A stretch of DNA of 63,403 bases, filler included, from Chiloscyllium plagiosum (taxonomy: Eukaryota), in assembly GCF_004010195.1 (NCBI RefSeq). It is 5 parts of 2 records of this genome, joined end to end, with 100 filler letters (N's around TTAATTAATTAA, not from the genome) between each part and the next. Parts side by side here need not be neighbours in the genome. Positions count along the whole stretch, not along the records: positions 24,194 to 40,936 come from NC_057711.1; 4 more parts are not named here. One strand, given 5' to 3'. The number at the start of each line of letters is the position of its first letter. Position 1 is the first letter of the stretch. Below the pieces are notes generated by a model. The model was given only the letters and a program-made list of their open reading frames with translations. It searched no databases and was not told the DNA's origin. The translations under genes and the position numbers were made by a program. Positions 26,657-39,049 of this stretch are shown here, one piece after another.

Positions 26657-26691
26657 GTTAAATTTTCGGGTCCAATGACCCTTCCTCAGAA
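26657..26691 (-). ncRNA. Minimal hammerhead motif (family D) in a short PLE fragment (about 26603-26692)
   Basis: TT-CTGAGGA-A-GGGTC-ATTG-GACCC-GAAA-AT-TT-AAC on the minus strand; perfect 5-bp stem II; AAUU palindrome. Confidence 0.55.
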
Positions 26692-27499
26692 TTGATCAGT
26701 TTTTAATTGATCAGATCTGTTGAATTTGGAGGTTTGGCCATCACAGTTACCCAGAATAACCAGTTGACTATTTTTAGCAATTAGTTTACTGAGTTTGCTG
26801 AGCAATCGTTGAGTTATAATGCATTAGCTAATTAGATAAAGAAAAGTATACACCAGAGACAACTCGGAATGGTATCAGAGGACAAACAGGCTGTCCGTGT
26901 GGAACATTTAAGTTCTGTTAAAATGGAGAGCAGAATGCTGTCCTCCAAGGCCAAGGTGTTAGGAAGCTCTTATCTGGGTCTTCCTCCTCCTTTTCAGGTT
27001 TGTCTTCAGTTTGGATAGGACCACTTGGTGAGGACTGTTGCTACAACGTCTGCCTGGTGAGGACAACTCTCTTCTCCAGAGGACTAGTTGAAATGTCCTG
27101 TTTCGAACAGCAAATAGCTGTGCCCAACAATTGCCTGAATCCTTTTGGCCAATGACAATGGGTCAGCTATTTATGACGTTAGATGACAATTATCCCCTTG
27201 CCCACCTGCATTTGGAGCTTACTTTTAATTTCTTCTATGTACAAAACCTTCTTATTTTCAAAAACATTACTCTCATAATAGTTTGTTGGGTCCCAATAAA
27301 TCTCATATTTAGTCTACTCGCTCTAGAAGGCCAATTACTGTTCCAATACATTTGGATGATTTTTCATGCAACACGGAATATACTAAACATGGAGTATTTC
27401 GAGCCCAGCTTTTTAAAGGGGACCTCAATTTCCAACAGATTCTCATCTGGGTCCCTAGGTGGATAGTTAGAAAGTTAACCTGAGGAGGAAGCGACAAAA

Positions 27500-28900
27500 A
27501 AAAAACCATCCTCAATGGTGCTGCAGCCATCAGTGAAGAAAACAAGGCTGAAGAATTTGTAAATGTCTTTAACTAAAAGTGCTGTATGGAAAATCCAACA
27601 TGGTCACCTCTTGTGACCAACATCATAATTCCAGTCTTTAGCCAATTCAATTCAGTCACTGAAACAATTGAAAACACTGAACGGAGCTTTGGTACTAAAG
27701 ACCTTAGCTTCAGATTAGCTGCACTCCAAGCCATGCTGCTCCAGTTATGACTCTAAGATGACTTTAGTCGAAATAATTACCATCCCATTGGTCTACTCTC
27801 GATTTTTGATGAAGCGGCAGCTATATAACAATAGTCTGCTCATTGACACTCAGTTTGGGCTTTGCCAGGGCTTCTCAGCTTCTGACCTCATTACAACCTT
27901 GGTTCAAACATGGATGAAGGAGCTGAACTCATAGCCGAAGTGAAAATAACTATCCTTAACGTCAGAGTAGCACTTATCCGAGTGTTGCATCAAGGAGCCC
28001 TGATGTCAATGAGAATCGGGGGAAATCTCTCGACTTGTTGGAGGCATACTTGGCACAAAGGAAGGTGGTTGCTGTTGTTGGAGGTCAGTCATCACAGTTC
28101 CAAAGCAACACTGCAGGAGTTCCTCAGGGTAATGTCTTGGGCCTAATTATCTTTAGCTGCTTCATCAATGGCCTTCCCTCCATCATGAGGTCAGAGGGGG
28201 AGATTGTGCAACCATTAGCAAACATGTTCAATATTCTTTGCACTCTCCCAGATACTGAAGCAATCGGTTTCAATATGCAGCAAGACCTGGCAATATTCAG
28301 CCCTGGGCTGATAATAGAAAATAACATTCCCACCACTGAAATGCCAGGCAATTATTATTCTCAATCATGACAATTTCTAATCATCTTTCCTTTACATTGA
28401 TTGGCTTGCTGAGTTGTATCCAGCACTGTTAGGGTCTTGTGCATTAATCTGACCCCTAACTGGATCAGCCATATAAGTAATGGCCCTTCTTCAGGAATGA
28501 CTGAAGAAGGGCCTGTGCCCGAAACGTCGAATCTCCTGTTCCCTGGATGCTGCCTGACCTGCTGTGCTGTTCCAGCAATAAAGTTTCAACTTTGATCTCC
28601 AGCATCTGCAGACCTCACTTTCTCCATATAAGTAATGCAACTACAAGGTCAATCAAAAACTGGGAACTGCACAGAAAATTACTCATTTCTTGAGTCGCCA
28701 AAACCTGCTCACTATCTACAAAATGCAAGTGGGTGTGTGCTGGAATAATGCCCACTTTCTTGAACAGGTCGAGCTTCAATGGCAGAGCAAAGAAGCTCAC
28801 TTGAAATGCTCCTCATCTACCAGCTTAAACATTCCCTTCCACCAGCATCAATGCACAATGGCAGCAATGTGTGAGATAAATGCACTATTTGTGACTTGCA
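27500..28900 (+). mobile_element. Old CR1/L2-group LINE RT, degenerate
   Basis: LEAYLAQRKVVAVVGGQSS...AGVPQGNVLGLIIFSCFINGLPSIMRSE (ORF 28035..28370). Confidence 0.75.
28483..28623 (+). mobile_element. Short PLE family A insertion with 5' inversion and intact hammerhead core (28501-28528)
   Basis: 14-bp TSD CCATATAAGTAATG at 28469-28482 and 28624-28637; CTGAAGA-A-GGGC-CTGT-GCCC-GAAA-CG-TC; 28483-28500 is an inverted copy of the ribozyme 5' half. Confidence 0.85.
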
Positions 28901-29474
28901 TCCATGTTCTTAGGGCTTAAATTAAGGCATTGACCTCCATAACCATCTGCTGCCATTGTTAGAACTCTTGCTGATTTTTCATTATCATATTTTACTATTT
29001 TGATCAATTTTGGTTTGGAGCTTTGAACTGAGAACTGTGAGCTAAAGATGACCTCTGGATTATAAGCAGTAGCTTGGTTTAAAAATAACAGCACAAACAA
29101 ATTGTGGTTTGTCTTGTCAGGCCTAGCCTAGAAATTAATTGAAGTTGACTGTTGATCAAAATGTTCTACAGGTGTTTTGACAATGAGGGAGAGCAGTATG
29201 TTTAAACAGATAACAGATGTTGGTTATTGATGACATTATTTCCTGCAAGTCTGGGAGAGACCTTAAGCTCCAGTAGATGTCGAATGGTAACTGGCATTTC
29301 ATGGGGAGGTGGTCAGTCTGTCAGGGAGATCAGATTTTGAACAGAGGTTTGAACTGTGTTTTCTGTGAGAATGAGTTTAGCTGTTGATGCGTCAGCATGA
29401 ATTTTTGAAAATTGTCTACATGACCTCCCATTTTCAGCTATTGGAAGTTTAGAGATCAGAAACTAAGGTATACA

Positions 29475-29845
29475 TTGATTCCACCTACATTTCCCACTGC
29501 CTCGGGAAAGCAGCCAACATAATCAAAGACTCCTCCCACTCCAGTGATGCTCCCATCCACCCTCTACAGAAGATGCAAAACTTTGAAAACACATATTTAA
29601 GAACAGCTTCTTCTTCGCTGTTACCAGACTTATGAATGGACCTCTGATATATTACAGTTGATCTTTCTCTGCACCTTCTCTGTCACTGTAACACTATATT
29701 CTGCATTCCGTTCCGGTACGCTGATCGGGTTATTAAATCATCCAGCACAAAAACAGACTCAACATATGATTTGTTTGGTTAGTACGTAGAACAATACCTT
29801 TCACTGTATCTTGGTAAGTGTGACAATGATAAATGAAATCAAAAA
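29475..29845 (+). mobile_element. Rex1/Babar-like 3' end
   Basis: ctgcctcgggaaagcagccaacataatcaaagac (CLGKAANIIKD) resembles CQGKAASILKD in ORF 5435..5746. Confidence 0.6.
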
Positions 29846-32189
29846 TGTATCACTGACTTGCCTGAGTAAACTGAAAAGGTAGGCCTGATCGACATCTTCA
29901 GAAAATCAGCTAAAGAAAAAAAAACAGGCCTGTGGAACAACACATTGTGAAAACCACCTATGTAATCTGGCCAGTTTTGGAATTTTTTTTATTTATCCCT
30001 GAACTGTGCGTGTTTAGTCTGTTGGTCTTTTGTGTGTTGAAAACAAAGGTTTAAACATAGGCATTTATTAGATTACTTTGTAATGCTCAGCTAAATTTAA
30101 TGCATTGTTAATAAATTGTTATATCTTTTGTTTAAGCTACAAACCAATGTCAAGCATTGATTATTTATAGAGTTTGGGATTAGATTTTCAAAAATATCTG
30201 GTTAGGAATTATTGGGATCAATTCTGAGGGTATTCAAAGGTTTCAATTTTACTGCATTGCAAACACAGAAGTCGGAAGCCTGATTTGTTTCAGCTGTCTG
30301 CCGTTGTGTCAATTTCCATGCCTTCTGGGAACCAGTGTCCTGACTTCCTGAGGAGGGACAACATCTTTGCCTCCTGTGCAAACTCTCAGAACATCTTGGT
30401 GTCCACTGTCACCTTCATAGTGCCATTATTCTGGTTTTTTTCCCATGCTAGAATGTGTTCTACAGTTTCCACTTGCTCTTTCTCACAATGTATCTTTGTT
30501 TTAGATAGTGCAGTTACCTTCAATTAGTGTTAAATTTTTATGATTTTGGAAACTCTAAGTGCAGCCTGCAACAGTGCAATTCATGTTAGCTGCCCATTAC
30601 AATCATGTCTAGGAGGAGGCAACACAAAGTTGGTATGCTGCCTGTTTTGAAACAATGATGCGTACATTAATATCATAATGTCCTTGCTACTATTTACAGT
30701 GGGGTAAGGCGTTAATTAAAATTACCTACCCATTGCATTGCCTGCCTCATCAATTGTATATAAAAGATCCGTGTGCCATGATTTTGAGCAAAGCTTTAGG
30801 GTTCTGATCAACAGTTTCTTCCCTCAAACCATCAGGCTCCTTATCACTGTATGATCAGATTCTTTTCCATCTGAAATCCTATGTACAACTTCAAATTGCT
30901 ACTAGAACAATGTCTATTAATTATCATTCTTTTATTACACTGTAATTTGCATGTTTTGCACTTCTATGCACTTTATGCCATCCTTTGTATGATCATGTAG
31001 TTGTGCTGTCCACGTAGCACCTTGGTCCTGCTCCTCGGATGCTGCCTGAACTGCTGTGCTCTTCCTGCACCACTAATCCAGAACCTGGTGGAACACTGTC
31101 TCGTTCTTTTACTGTATCAGTTGTATATGGTAGAAATTACAAATAAAATCTTCTCTATTCTATAGTTCATACTTCCAAAAAATAAATAATGGATAATTTC
31201 ATTGTTGTACTGTAAGCAAAGTGGCTTTTGCAGGCTAATTCTCTGGCGACATAGATTAATCCTATCATAGGAGATAGTGAGTTTTGAATTTGATTAATAA
31301 ATCTGGAATTAAAAGTTATTCTAATGTTGACCATGAAACCATTGTCAATTGTTAATAAAATCATCGCATTTCCTTATGTTCTGTAGAAAGGAAATTTGTT
31401 GTCATTACTGTGTCTGGCCTATGTGTGGCTCCAAACCCACAGCAATGTGGTTGACTCCGAAATGACATCGAGAATGACCTGGCAAGTCATTCATTGTGCC
31501 AGACTGCAATGAAATGCTAGAAAAGGGATAAAACCAGACTGACCATCTGGCATCAACTAGCAACAATGATACCTAACCCTGCGGATCCTGCAACATCTTC
31601 CTTACTAACATCTGGAGGCTCACAACAAAATTGGGAGCACTGAACTACAATATAAACTAGTCAAAAACAGCCAAAAATTATCATTGTCACGGACACTACC
31701 TTCACCATCTCAGTATATGCCATGTACGGGGCAGGCACAGTGATATGTAAGCTTTTCAGAGGGAGTTGCCCTGGGAGTCCACAGCATTGATTTCTGAATT
31801 CATAGTGTCTCATGGCATCAGGTCAAATGTGAACAAGGAATCCTCTTGCTGATTTACCACTGGCCAGCCCCTCTGCTGATGAATCACTACTCCTGCATGT
31901 TGAGCACCAACTGGAAAAAGCACTGAAGGTATCAAGGGCACAGAATCTGCACATGCAGAGGTTCAATGATTCATGGAGATATGGCTATCATTATTGGGGT
32001 ACAGTATGTCTCATTGAATGGTGGAGTGTGTACAACTCTCACCTGACACTGCTGGCTCTTCTGAAACTTAAGAACCTCTTCAACTCCTTAAGGTCTCAAT
32101 ATAGGTCCTTTCCAGCAGGGGCCTTGCGTCTGCCCACCAGTGAGATGTTAGTGACAGTGGCTGCCTTCCTAAGAAGGTGAAGATGCATG

Positions 32190-33110
32190 TAGGAGGACCA
32201 GGGTCAATTGTCATTCCAGAAACAACAGCAGAACCCCCTGAGGAGCATCCAGCTCAGGCAGAACTTTTCAGCCGTGTCTCCATTTCCTGGAATGTGTGGG
32301 GCACAGCATCGGTGCAAACTTTGTATATCCCAGGAAACTGACCGAACTATGCCAGATGCAGGGGGTGATAACTGAGGACAGCAGGAGACCCATTCCTTTC
32401 CTAGTGGCTAGGAAGTTGGCAGCTGCTTTAAACTTTAGTGCTGCTGGTTCCTTCCAGAGGACGATGGGTGAATTGTGTGGGATCTCACACACAAAAGCAT
32501 CGGGATAGTGACCAATGTCATCTATGCAATATCACGTCAGTTCATTATATTCTCAATGACAAAGTCAATACGGCAGCCTGTGCAGTAGGATTTAGGAACA
32601 TAGCTAGGTTCCGGTGCCAGTGACTGCACACAGGTAACATTGAGAAGGCCTTACCACAAGCTGTGGCATTTATCATCAAGAATGGTTCCTTTCCATCGAT
32701 GCTCAGGAAACTCTGTGCTGACCATTATCACTTCCTGCAGATTTGTACCCACTTATTTGGCAGCTGGCTCGACTCCTACATCTTGAAGTACTCTGGTGTA
32801 CGTGGTACGTTTGAGGGTCCATGTGCCTTATTAAGCTGGTTACTGGGGGACAAGGTTCATCCATTACAGCCATGGCTCATGACACCATTTCACAGCTCCT
32901 AAACATGTAGAGCACAGATACGATTCTGCTCATTGCTTTGATTTTGACCATTGTGGAGCAAACAATGGCTGATAATCTAGTTCCTCTGCTCAGACCTGTC
33001 TGGGAAGTTCCCCTTCTATATTGCAGACAGAATATTCCTCATCACCCTGGAGCACACTGCTCTGCACATTTAAAGCAGATATCGAAGTGATGCGATAGAT
33101 GCTGAGAAGC
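32190..33110 (+). mobile_element. PIF/Harbinger transposase fossil
   Basis: LVARKLAAALNFSAAGSFQRTMGELCGIS (ORF 32296..32508) and LLGDKVHPLQPWLMTPF (ORF 32663..32902) match HARBI1-type DDE motifs; multiple stops and frameshifts. Confidence 0.75.
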
Positions 33111-33560
33111 TGGAAAACATGTGAGCCTTCTGAGTAGAAAGATAAATACTGTGAGCTTGAGAAAGATCTCCTTGTGTATGGCAGAGCTCTGCTGCATTGG
33201 TCTCCACAAGCCAGACAGAACATGATTGACATCCAGTTCTAGCTGAGGAGAGCTGAGTGCAGAAGGCCATCTTGGACTCTTGACAAGTCTTTGGCCAGCA
33301 TTTGGTTGGCATAGTGGGAACAAGCTCCAGTGTCTGCTGGTTTTGTTCCTGTTTGCTTTTGATAGCTATGAAAAAAAGAGCTCATGTTTAGAATTGTCTG
33401 ATTGCTTGCCTGGATGTTCTCCTACTAAACAAGCAGCTGGTCTTCAGTGGGTACTGGAGACAGAGTAGTGGCAACGTAAAGAGGGTGTTTTGATGGGGTG
33501 TGGCTAAGAACATACTTGGCATTGTGTTTAAGTAGCTTAAACAGAGTTGAGAGAATGGGG

Positions 33561-34033
33561 TGTTATGGACCAGATCAAACCCCCTTCAAATATATCAAGG
33601 AGATAGCCTAGAGCCTAACTTTTATCTCATTGAAATGCAAGTGTAAGGTACTGTTTTCCAGATGTAATTTGATTGGTTACACTACACATATTGGAACATC
33701 TCATAAACACAGCCTTGGAAAAGTCAGCAACACTAATTGTGATTCTGGCAAAGAGAACGCAAGCTTTAGTTGTAGCAGAGATGCCGCAGCTTCCATAACC
33801 AATATCAAATCCCCAACAACTACTGACATCTAAATAAAACCCAGGTTCTGTGGAAGCCTGACTCCACCCATTCATGCTGCTTGTATTGTTCAAAGTTTTA
33901 TTAAAATTACCAAGGCGTCACAAGCTATTTACTTTATTGGCTTGGAACAGACCTCTCGGCGCCTCTGTCTTGACCTCTCTCCATAAAAGAAAGCAGGACA
34001 AAATATAACTCTTCACACCGTAGTACCATCACA
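33561..34033. mobile_element. Possible solo LTR
   Basis: Begins TGTTA, ends TCACA, about 470 bp; no convincing TSD seen. Confidence 0.3.
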
Positions 34034-34363
34034 GAGTCAGCAATGTGCCACAAGGGTTGTGGCTGCTGTTCCATGACATTGTCAATGAGGAGTGATGGCA
34101 AACTATCACTGCTTGTTCAGGTGCACAGTGGCCTTTTGAAGATGGCACAGGTGCAAAGGATGCTGGTTGTTTTGTGGATATCCGATGAGTGATGTGGTAT
34201 TCTGGGAATGGTGTGTGGTAAGGTCAGTCTAGAATTGTACATGCGGGTCACCACAGGGGTGGGGTAGGCAGTTAATGAGGTGGGTTTGATAGGATACAGT
34301 GAGAAATCTCACTGGACCTTGAATGAGTATCCTTCCAAAATACTTGATACAATTTGTGCTTAG

Positions 34364-34506
34364 AGTCAAAAAGTGTGGCATTGGAAAAGCACAGCAGGTC
34401 AGGTAGCATCCGAGGAGCAGGAAAGTCGACATTTCGGGCATTAGCCCTTCATCAGGAATGTCTTTTTGACTCTGATCTCCAGCATCTGCAATCCTCACTT
34501 TCTCCC
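34364..34506. mobile_element. Inverted PLE family A insertion; minus-strand hammerhead core 34428-34455
   Basis: 15-bp TSD with 1 mismatch at 34349-34363 and 34507-34521; CTGATGA-A-GGGC-TAAT-GCCC-GAAA-TG-TC. Confidence 0.8.
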
Positions 34507-36109
34507 ACAACTTGTGCTTAGCACTACATCATCATTCTTCAGGGTCAAAATGCTGGAAATGCCTTCCTAACAGCACTGTGAGTGTCCCTACACCTTTAGG
34601 ACTGCAGCAATTTAAGAAAGTTATTCATCACCTCCTCAATGGCAATTGGTCATGGACAATAAATGCTGGCCAAGCCAGTGACACCTACACCTCATGACTA
34701 TGAAAATTTGGCTTGTGGTTTCCTATAAACAGCACATATCGACTATGAAGAAATCTGGGGCTGCATGAGAATATGGAAGTGACTATCTAATATTTTTTTG
34801 ATGCTCCCCAAAAAATCACCTTCAATGATTCAAAGACTGGATTCAATGTGTGTATTTTCATAAATCATAAAAACAAAGAGAAGTAGAACAAATCACAGCC
34901 AACATAAATAACCAAAGTGGTTTTGAACAGTTTCTTGCATCTGTTCCCATACTTGTTCCTTGTGCAATTCAGACTGTTTTAAACAGTAAGTTGAGTTTGT
35001 GAAGCTTCAGACAGTTTCAGCAGACTCTCAACACTGTGCAGAAAATGTTAACCTTGTACACAATACAGTTTCACAAGTAAGAATAAAAAGCTTTTGTTCT
35101 TTGAAAGTTACATGTTACATTTCAACACAGCATTCCTTGTTCACTCCAGTCCCTCTCCTAATCACTCCCATCAAGTCAATATCTCAGTAAAACACCTAAG
35201 TATAGTCCAGAAAGCATTTTGGGAGTAGCAATACCCAGGGTGTGCTGCATTGCTAGAGCAGCAGTTCTGAGGGAGTGCTGGACTATCAGTGGGTGAGTAC
35301 TGAGGGAGCACTGCACTGTGGGAGGATAAATGGTTAAGATCTTCTCCATTGTGTGAATTTGAGACCAAGGCCAATCAGTTTCAATTTTGATTTTGCATTG
35401 TGATTAAATGTCTGTCTACACACATTGTACAAACCATGCATAACGAATAGATGATGTACAATATACTGAAGAGTGTGCATATGCTCTGATGATTCATCCA
35501 ATACCTGCCAGGAAATTGAGAAAAGAAATAGCTTTGGGGTTCTGTAGTGCTGTGGTTATGTTACTGGCTGAGCAATCCACAGTGCTCAGTCTAAAGTAAC
35601 AAGGAAGCTGTTAGACTGTGTTTAAAAGAAAAATTGGCTCATGCCCTTTTGGAAGGAAATCTGACATCCTCTCCCATTGTAAAATTTACATGATTCCAGT
35701 CCCACTACAACCTAGCTGACTGTTTACTGCCCTGAGCAATAGACCAGAAAGCTGCTCAGTTGTACCGAACCACAAGTCAAGCAGTTTGAGCAAATCCTAT
35801 CACTACCAGCTCAGGACAACTTGCAATTGGGTTATTATTACCCAATCCTGATCATGTATAATAATACATTTTATTCAAATATGAACAATGAATGACCTTG
35901 AAAAATGTTAATATTGAGGTATAATTTATTTCTAGTTTCCTTTAGAATGTCACCCTACTGTTAGAACTTCTCTTTGGATCAGGCAACTGCGACTAATTGA
36001 TTTATAAAGTATTTGGAACACAATGAAATAAATATGTTTGGTTAGTTTCCATTTCCAAAATGTGTTGGTACCATAAATTTTTACAGCAGAGAAGGAAGCC
36101 ATTTAGTGT

Positions 36110-37330
36110 CATACAATCATAGAGCATAAAAACAGACCCTTTGGTCCAACTAGTCTATGCTGACCATGTTCCCAAACCAAACTAGTCCCACTTGCCTGCA
36201 TTTGACCCATATTCTTCCAAGCCTTTCCTATTCATGTACTTACCCAAGTGTCTTTAAATGTTGTAACTGTACCTGCATCCATCACTTCCTCTGGCAGTTC
36301 ATTCCACACATGAACCACTCTCTGAGTAAAATAGTTGCCCTTCATGTCCTTTTTAGAACTTTTTCCTCTCACCTTAAAAATATGCCCCCTACTTTTGAAC
36401 TCCCCCATTCTATGGAAAAGACTCTTGCTATTTATCTTATCTATGCTCTACATGATTTTATAAACCCCCTTAAGGTCACCTCTCTACCTCCAATGCTCCA
36501 GTGAAAAATGTCTGAGCCTATCTTTATAACTCAAACCCTCTATTCTTGGCAACATCCTGGTAAATCTATTCTGAACCTTCTCCAATGTAATAATATCCTT
36601 CTCATAGCAGAGCGATCGGAACTACTTACAGTACTTCAGGAGAAGTCTCATCAACATCCTGTACAACCTCAACATGACATCCCAACTTGTATACTCAAAG
36701 GTATGAGCAATGAAAGCAAGCATGTTAACCACTCTATCTTGTTGTGATGCATTGTGATTAAATGGCCTGCCTATACACATTGTACAAACCACGCATAAAG
36801 AATAGATGATATACAATATACTGGAGAGTGTGCCCATGCTCTGATAATTTTAAAGAATTATGTACCTAAACCCTTGAGAATCTCTGTTCTACAATACTAC
36901 CTGGGGCCTACCATTAATTGTATAAGCCCTTCCCTTGTTTGTTTTACCAAAATGCAATACCTTGCATTTATCCAAATTAAACTCCATCAGTCCATTGACC
37001 CAATTGATCAAACTGTCTTTGTAATCTGAGATAACCTTTTTCATTGTCCTCTATACCACCAATTTTTGTATCATCTGCAAACTTACTAAGCATGCCTCCT
37101 GTGTTCTCATCCAAATCGTTTATATAAATGACAAATAAAAATGCACCCAGTACCCATCCCTGTGGAACACCGTTGATCGCAGGCCTCCAATCTGAAAATC
37201 AACATTCCACCATCACCCTTTGCTCCTACCATAAAGTCAATTTTATATCCAATTAGCAAGCTCACCCTGAATCCCATGTGGTGTAACTTTACTAATTAGT
37301 CTACCATGTGGAACCTTGTCAAGGGCTTAT
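36110..37330 (-). mobile_element. CR1 ORF2 RT / 3' end
   Basis: Same family as 12690-13860 (tcatctgcaaactt = KFADD; LAFIAHTFEYTSWDVMLRLYRML). Confidence 0.85.
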
Positions 37331-37684
37331 TTGGCTCATCATATCCATGCAAACTCTTTATTAAAGGAATCCAAGACTAATTCCAGTGCTTCATGCACTC
37401 TCCTTAACCCTATTTTTCTCTGTTTCAAACATTTGACCATATGTCTCTTATATTTCTGGAGCCTCAGGCTCAACCTCCTGCTGCTGCAAAATGTTACCTG
37501 CTTTAAAATTGTCTTCAAAGTAATTTTATTGTCTTTCCTTGCTTTCTTAACTTTATATTGAGTCCTGTCATTGACGTCTCAATCAAGGAAAATAATCCTT
37601 CCTCTTCATAGTCACTGACAAACTTTTCAGAACTTCAAAAATCTGTTAAATTTGCTCTCACCCTACTCTAGAAGAAATATTTGT

Positions 37685-38010
37685 AGAATCGCTGCAGTAC
37701 AGATAGAGGCCATTTGGCACATTGAGTCTGCACTGACCCTTCAAATAGCATGCCGCCCAGACTCACTCCTGCACCCTATCCCAAAACTCTGCAATTACCA
37801 TGGCTAGGCTACCGATCCCTGGGCGCCATGGGGCAATCTAGCATTGTCAATCCACCTCACCTTCGCATCTTTGAACTGTGGGAGGAAACCAGACCACCTG
37901 ACAGTAACCCTCACTGACACTGGGATATTGTGCAAATTTCACAAGGCTGGAATCAAACCCAAATTCCTGGTCATGTGAGGCAGCACTGCTAACCAATGAG
38001 CCACTGTGCA
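37685..38010 (-). mobile_element. V-SINE (older copy)
   Basis: catctttgaactgtgggaggaaaccagacc...gtgaggcagcactgctaaccaatgagccac. Confidence 0.7.
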
Positions 38011-39049
38011 TTCAATATTCTTGAGTCTTTTCCCATAATTGTAGTTTCTCATTCTTGCCATCATCCTACTGAAGCCACACCAATTTATGTGTTTCATGTG
38101 TTTTATGCAAAGGAATATCCAAAACTACCCATTGTGCATAGAATGTGTCTGAATAATTAATATAGAAAAGTAGCTTTTTACGCCTGTACTTATTGTCTCA
38201 AATTACTTTTAGCAAGTTATATATTTGAATCTTTGAGACTCATTGTTCTTGAACATGATGCAAAATATTTTTAGTGAGTGTCTACTCGCATTACGTGCTT
38301 TTCCGTCCAACGAATATTACCTCATAATTCTTCACTTGAAATTCTATCTGCCACCTGCCCACCCATTTGCAAGATCTTCCTGAAATATTTTGCTCTCCAT
38401 GTTGGTGTTTGCCAAACTTCTACATTTGTATTATTATCAGATTTCAATATCATGCTCCCTTTGTCAAAATCTAAATCAGACGATAAATGCACAGACCTAA
38501 AACTGGCCCCTTGATCTACCACATCCAAATTCCTTCAAACTGAGCAGTGGTTGACATTAGCCTTACATTTTCTCTCCATTAACAAACTTTGGATTCATGC
38601 TCCATTCTCTCTTTAACACTTGAGGTTTGTTATAAATCTCATGTGAGATATTTTATTGATTTTTTTGGAAATCCATACAGGTTTTAATGTAAACTATGAG
38701 TTTTGAGAGTTTTACCACACTGGCATTAGATTAAGCAGCACCATTGAATATTAAAAGTAATCTCTGTGCGTTAGCAGCAGCAGAATTAAGACAGCCAGAG
38801 GTTTTGACAATCTGCCGCTTATGAATGTAAATCATGCACCAAGCACATGGTCAGCAGCAGTTGCACCTCTATTGCTGTTTTCCAATGTTATATTCTTAAT
38901 TGTTGATGTTTCAGGATCAGTCTTGCATGTGTACTGTATGTCACTTATTTCTAGGGATTTCAAACAGTGGTTCGTAGGTCAGCAGAGATCATAAATGATT
39001 CTAGAGTACGGTGTGCATGGAATTCTTTAGCCACAGAACAATGTACCAT

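Noticed and set aside
25506..26678. Long ORFs over N runs
   Set aside because: Artefacts of unknown bases.
32296..32902. Domesticated HARBI1 gene
   Set aside because: Multiple stops and frameshifts; multi-copy transposon remnant.
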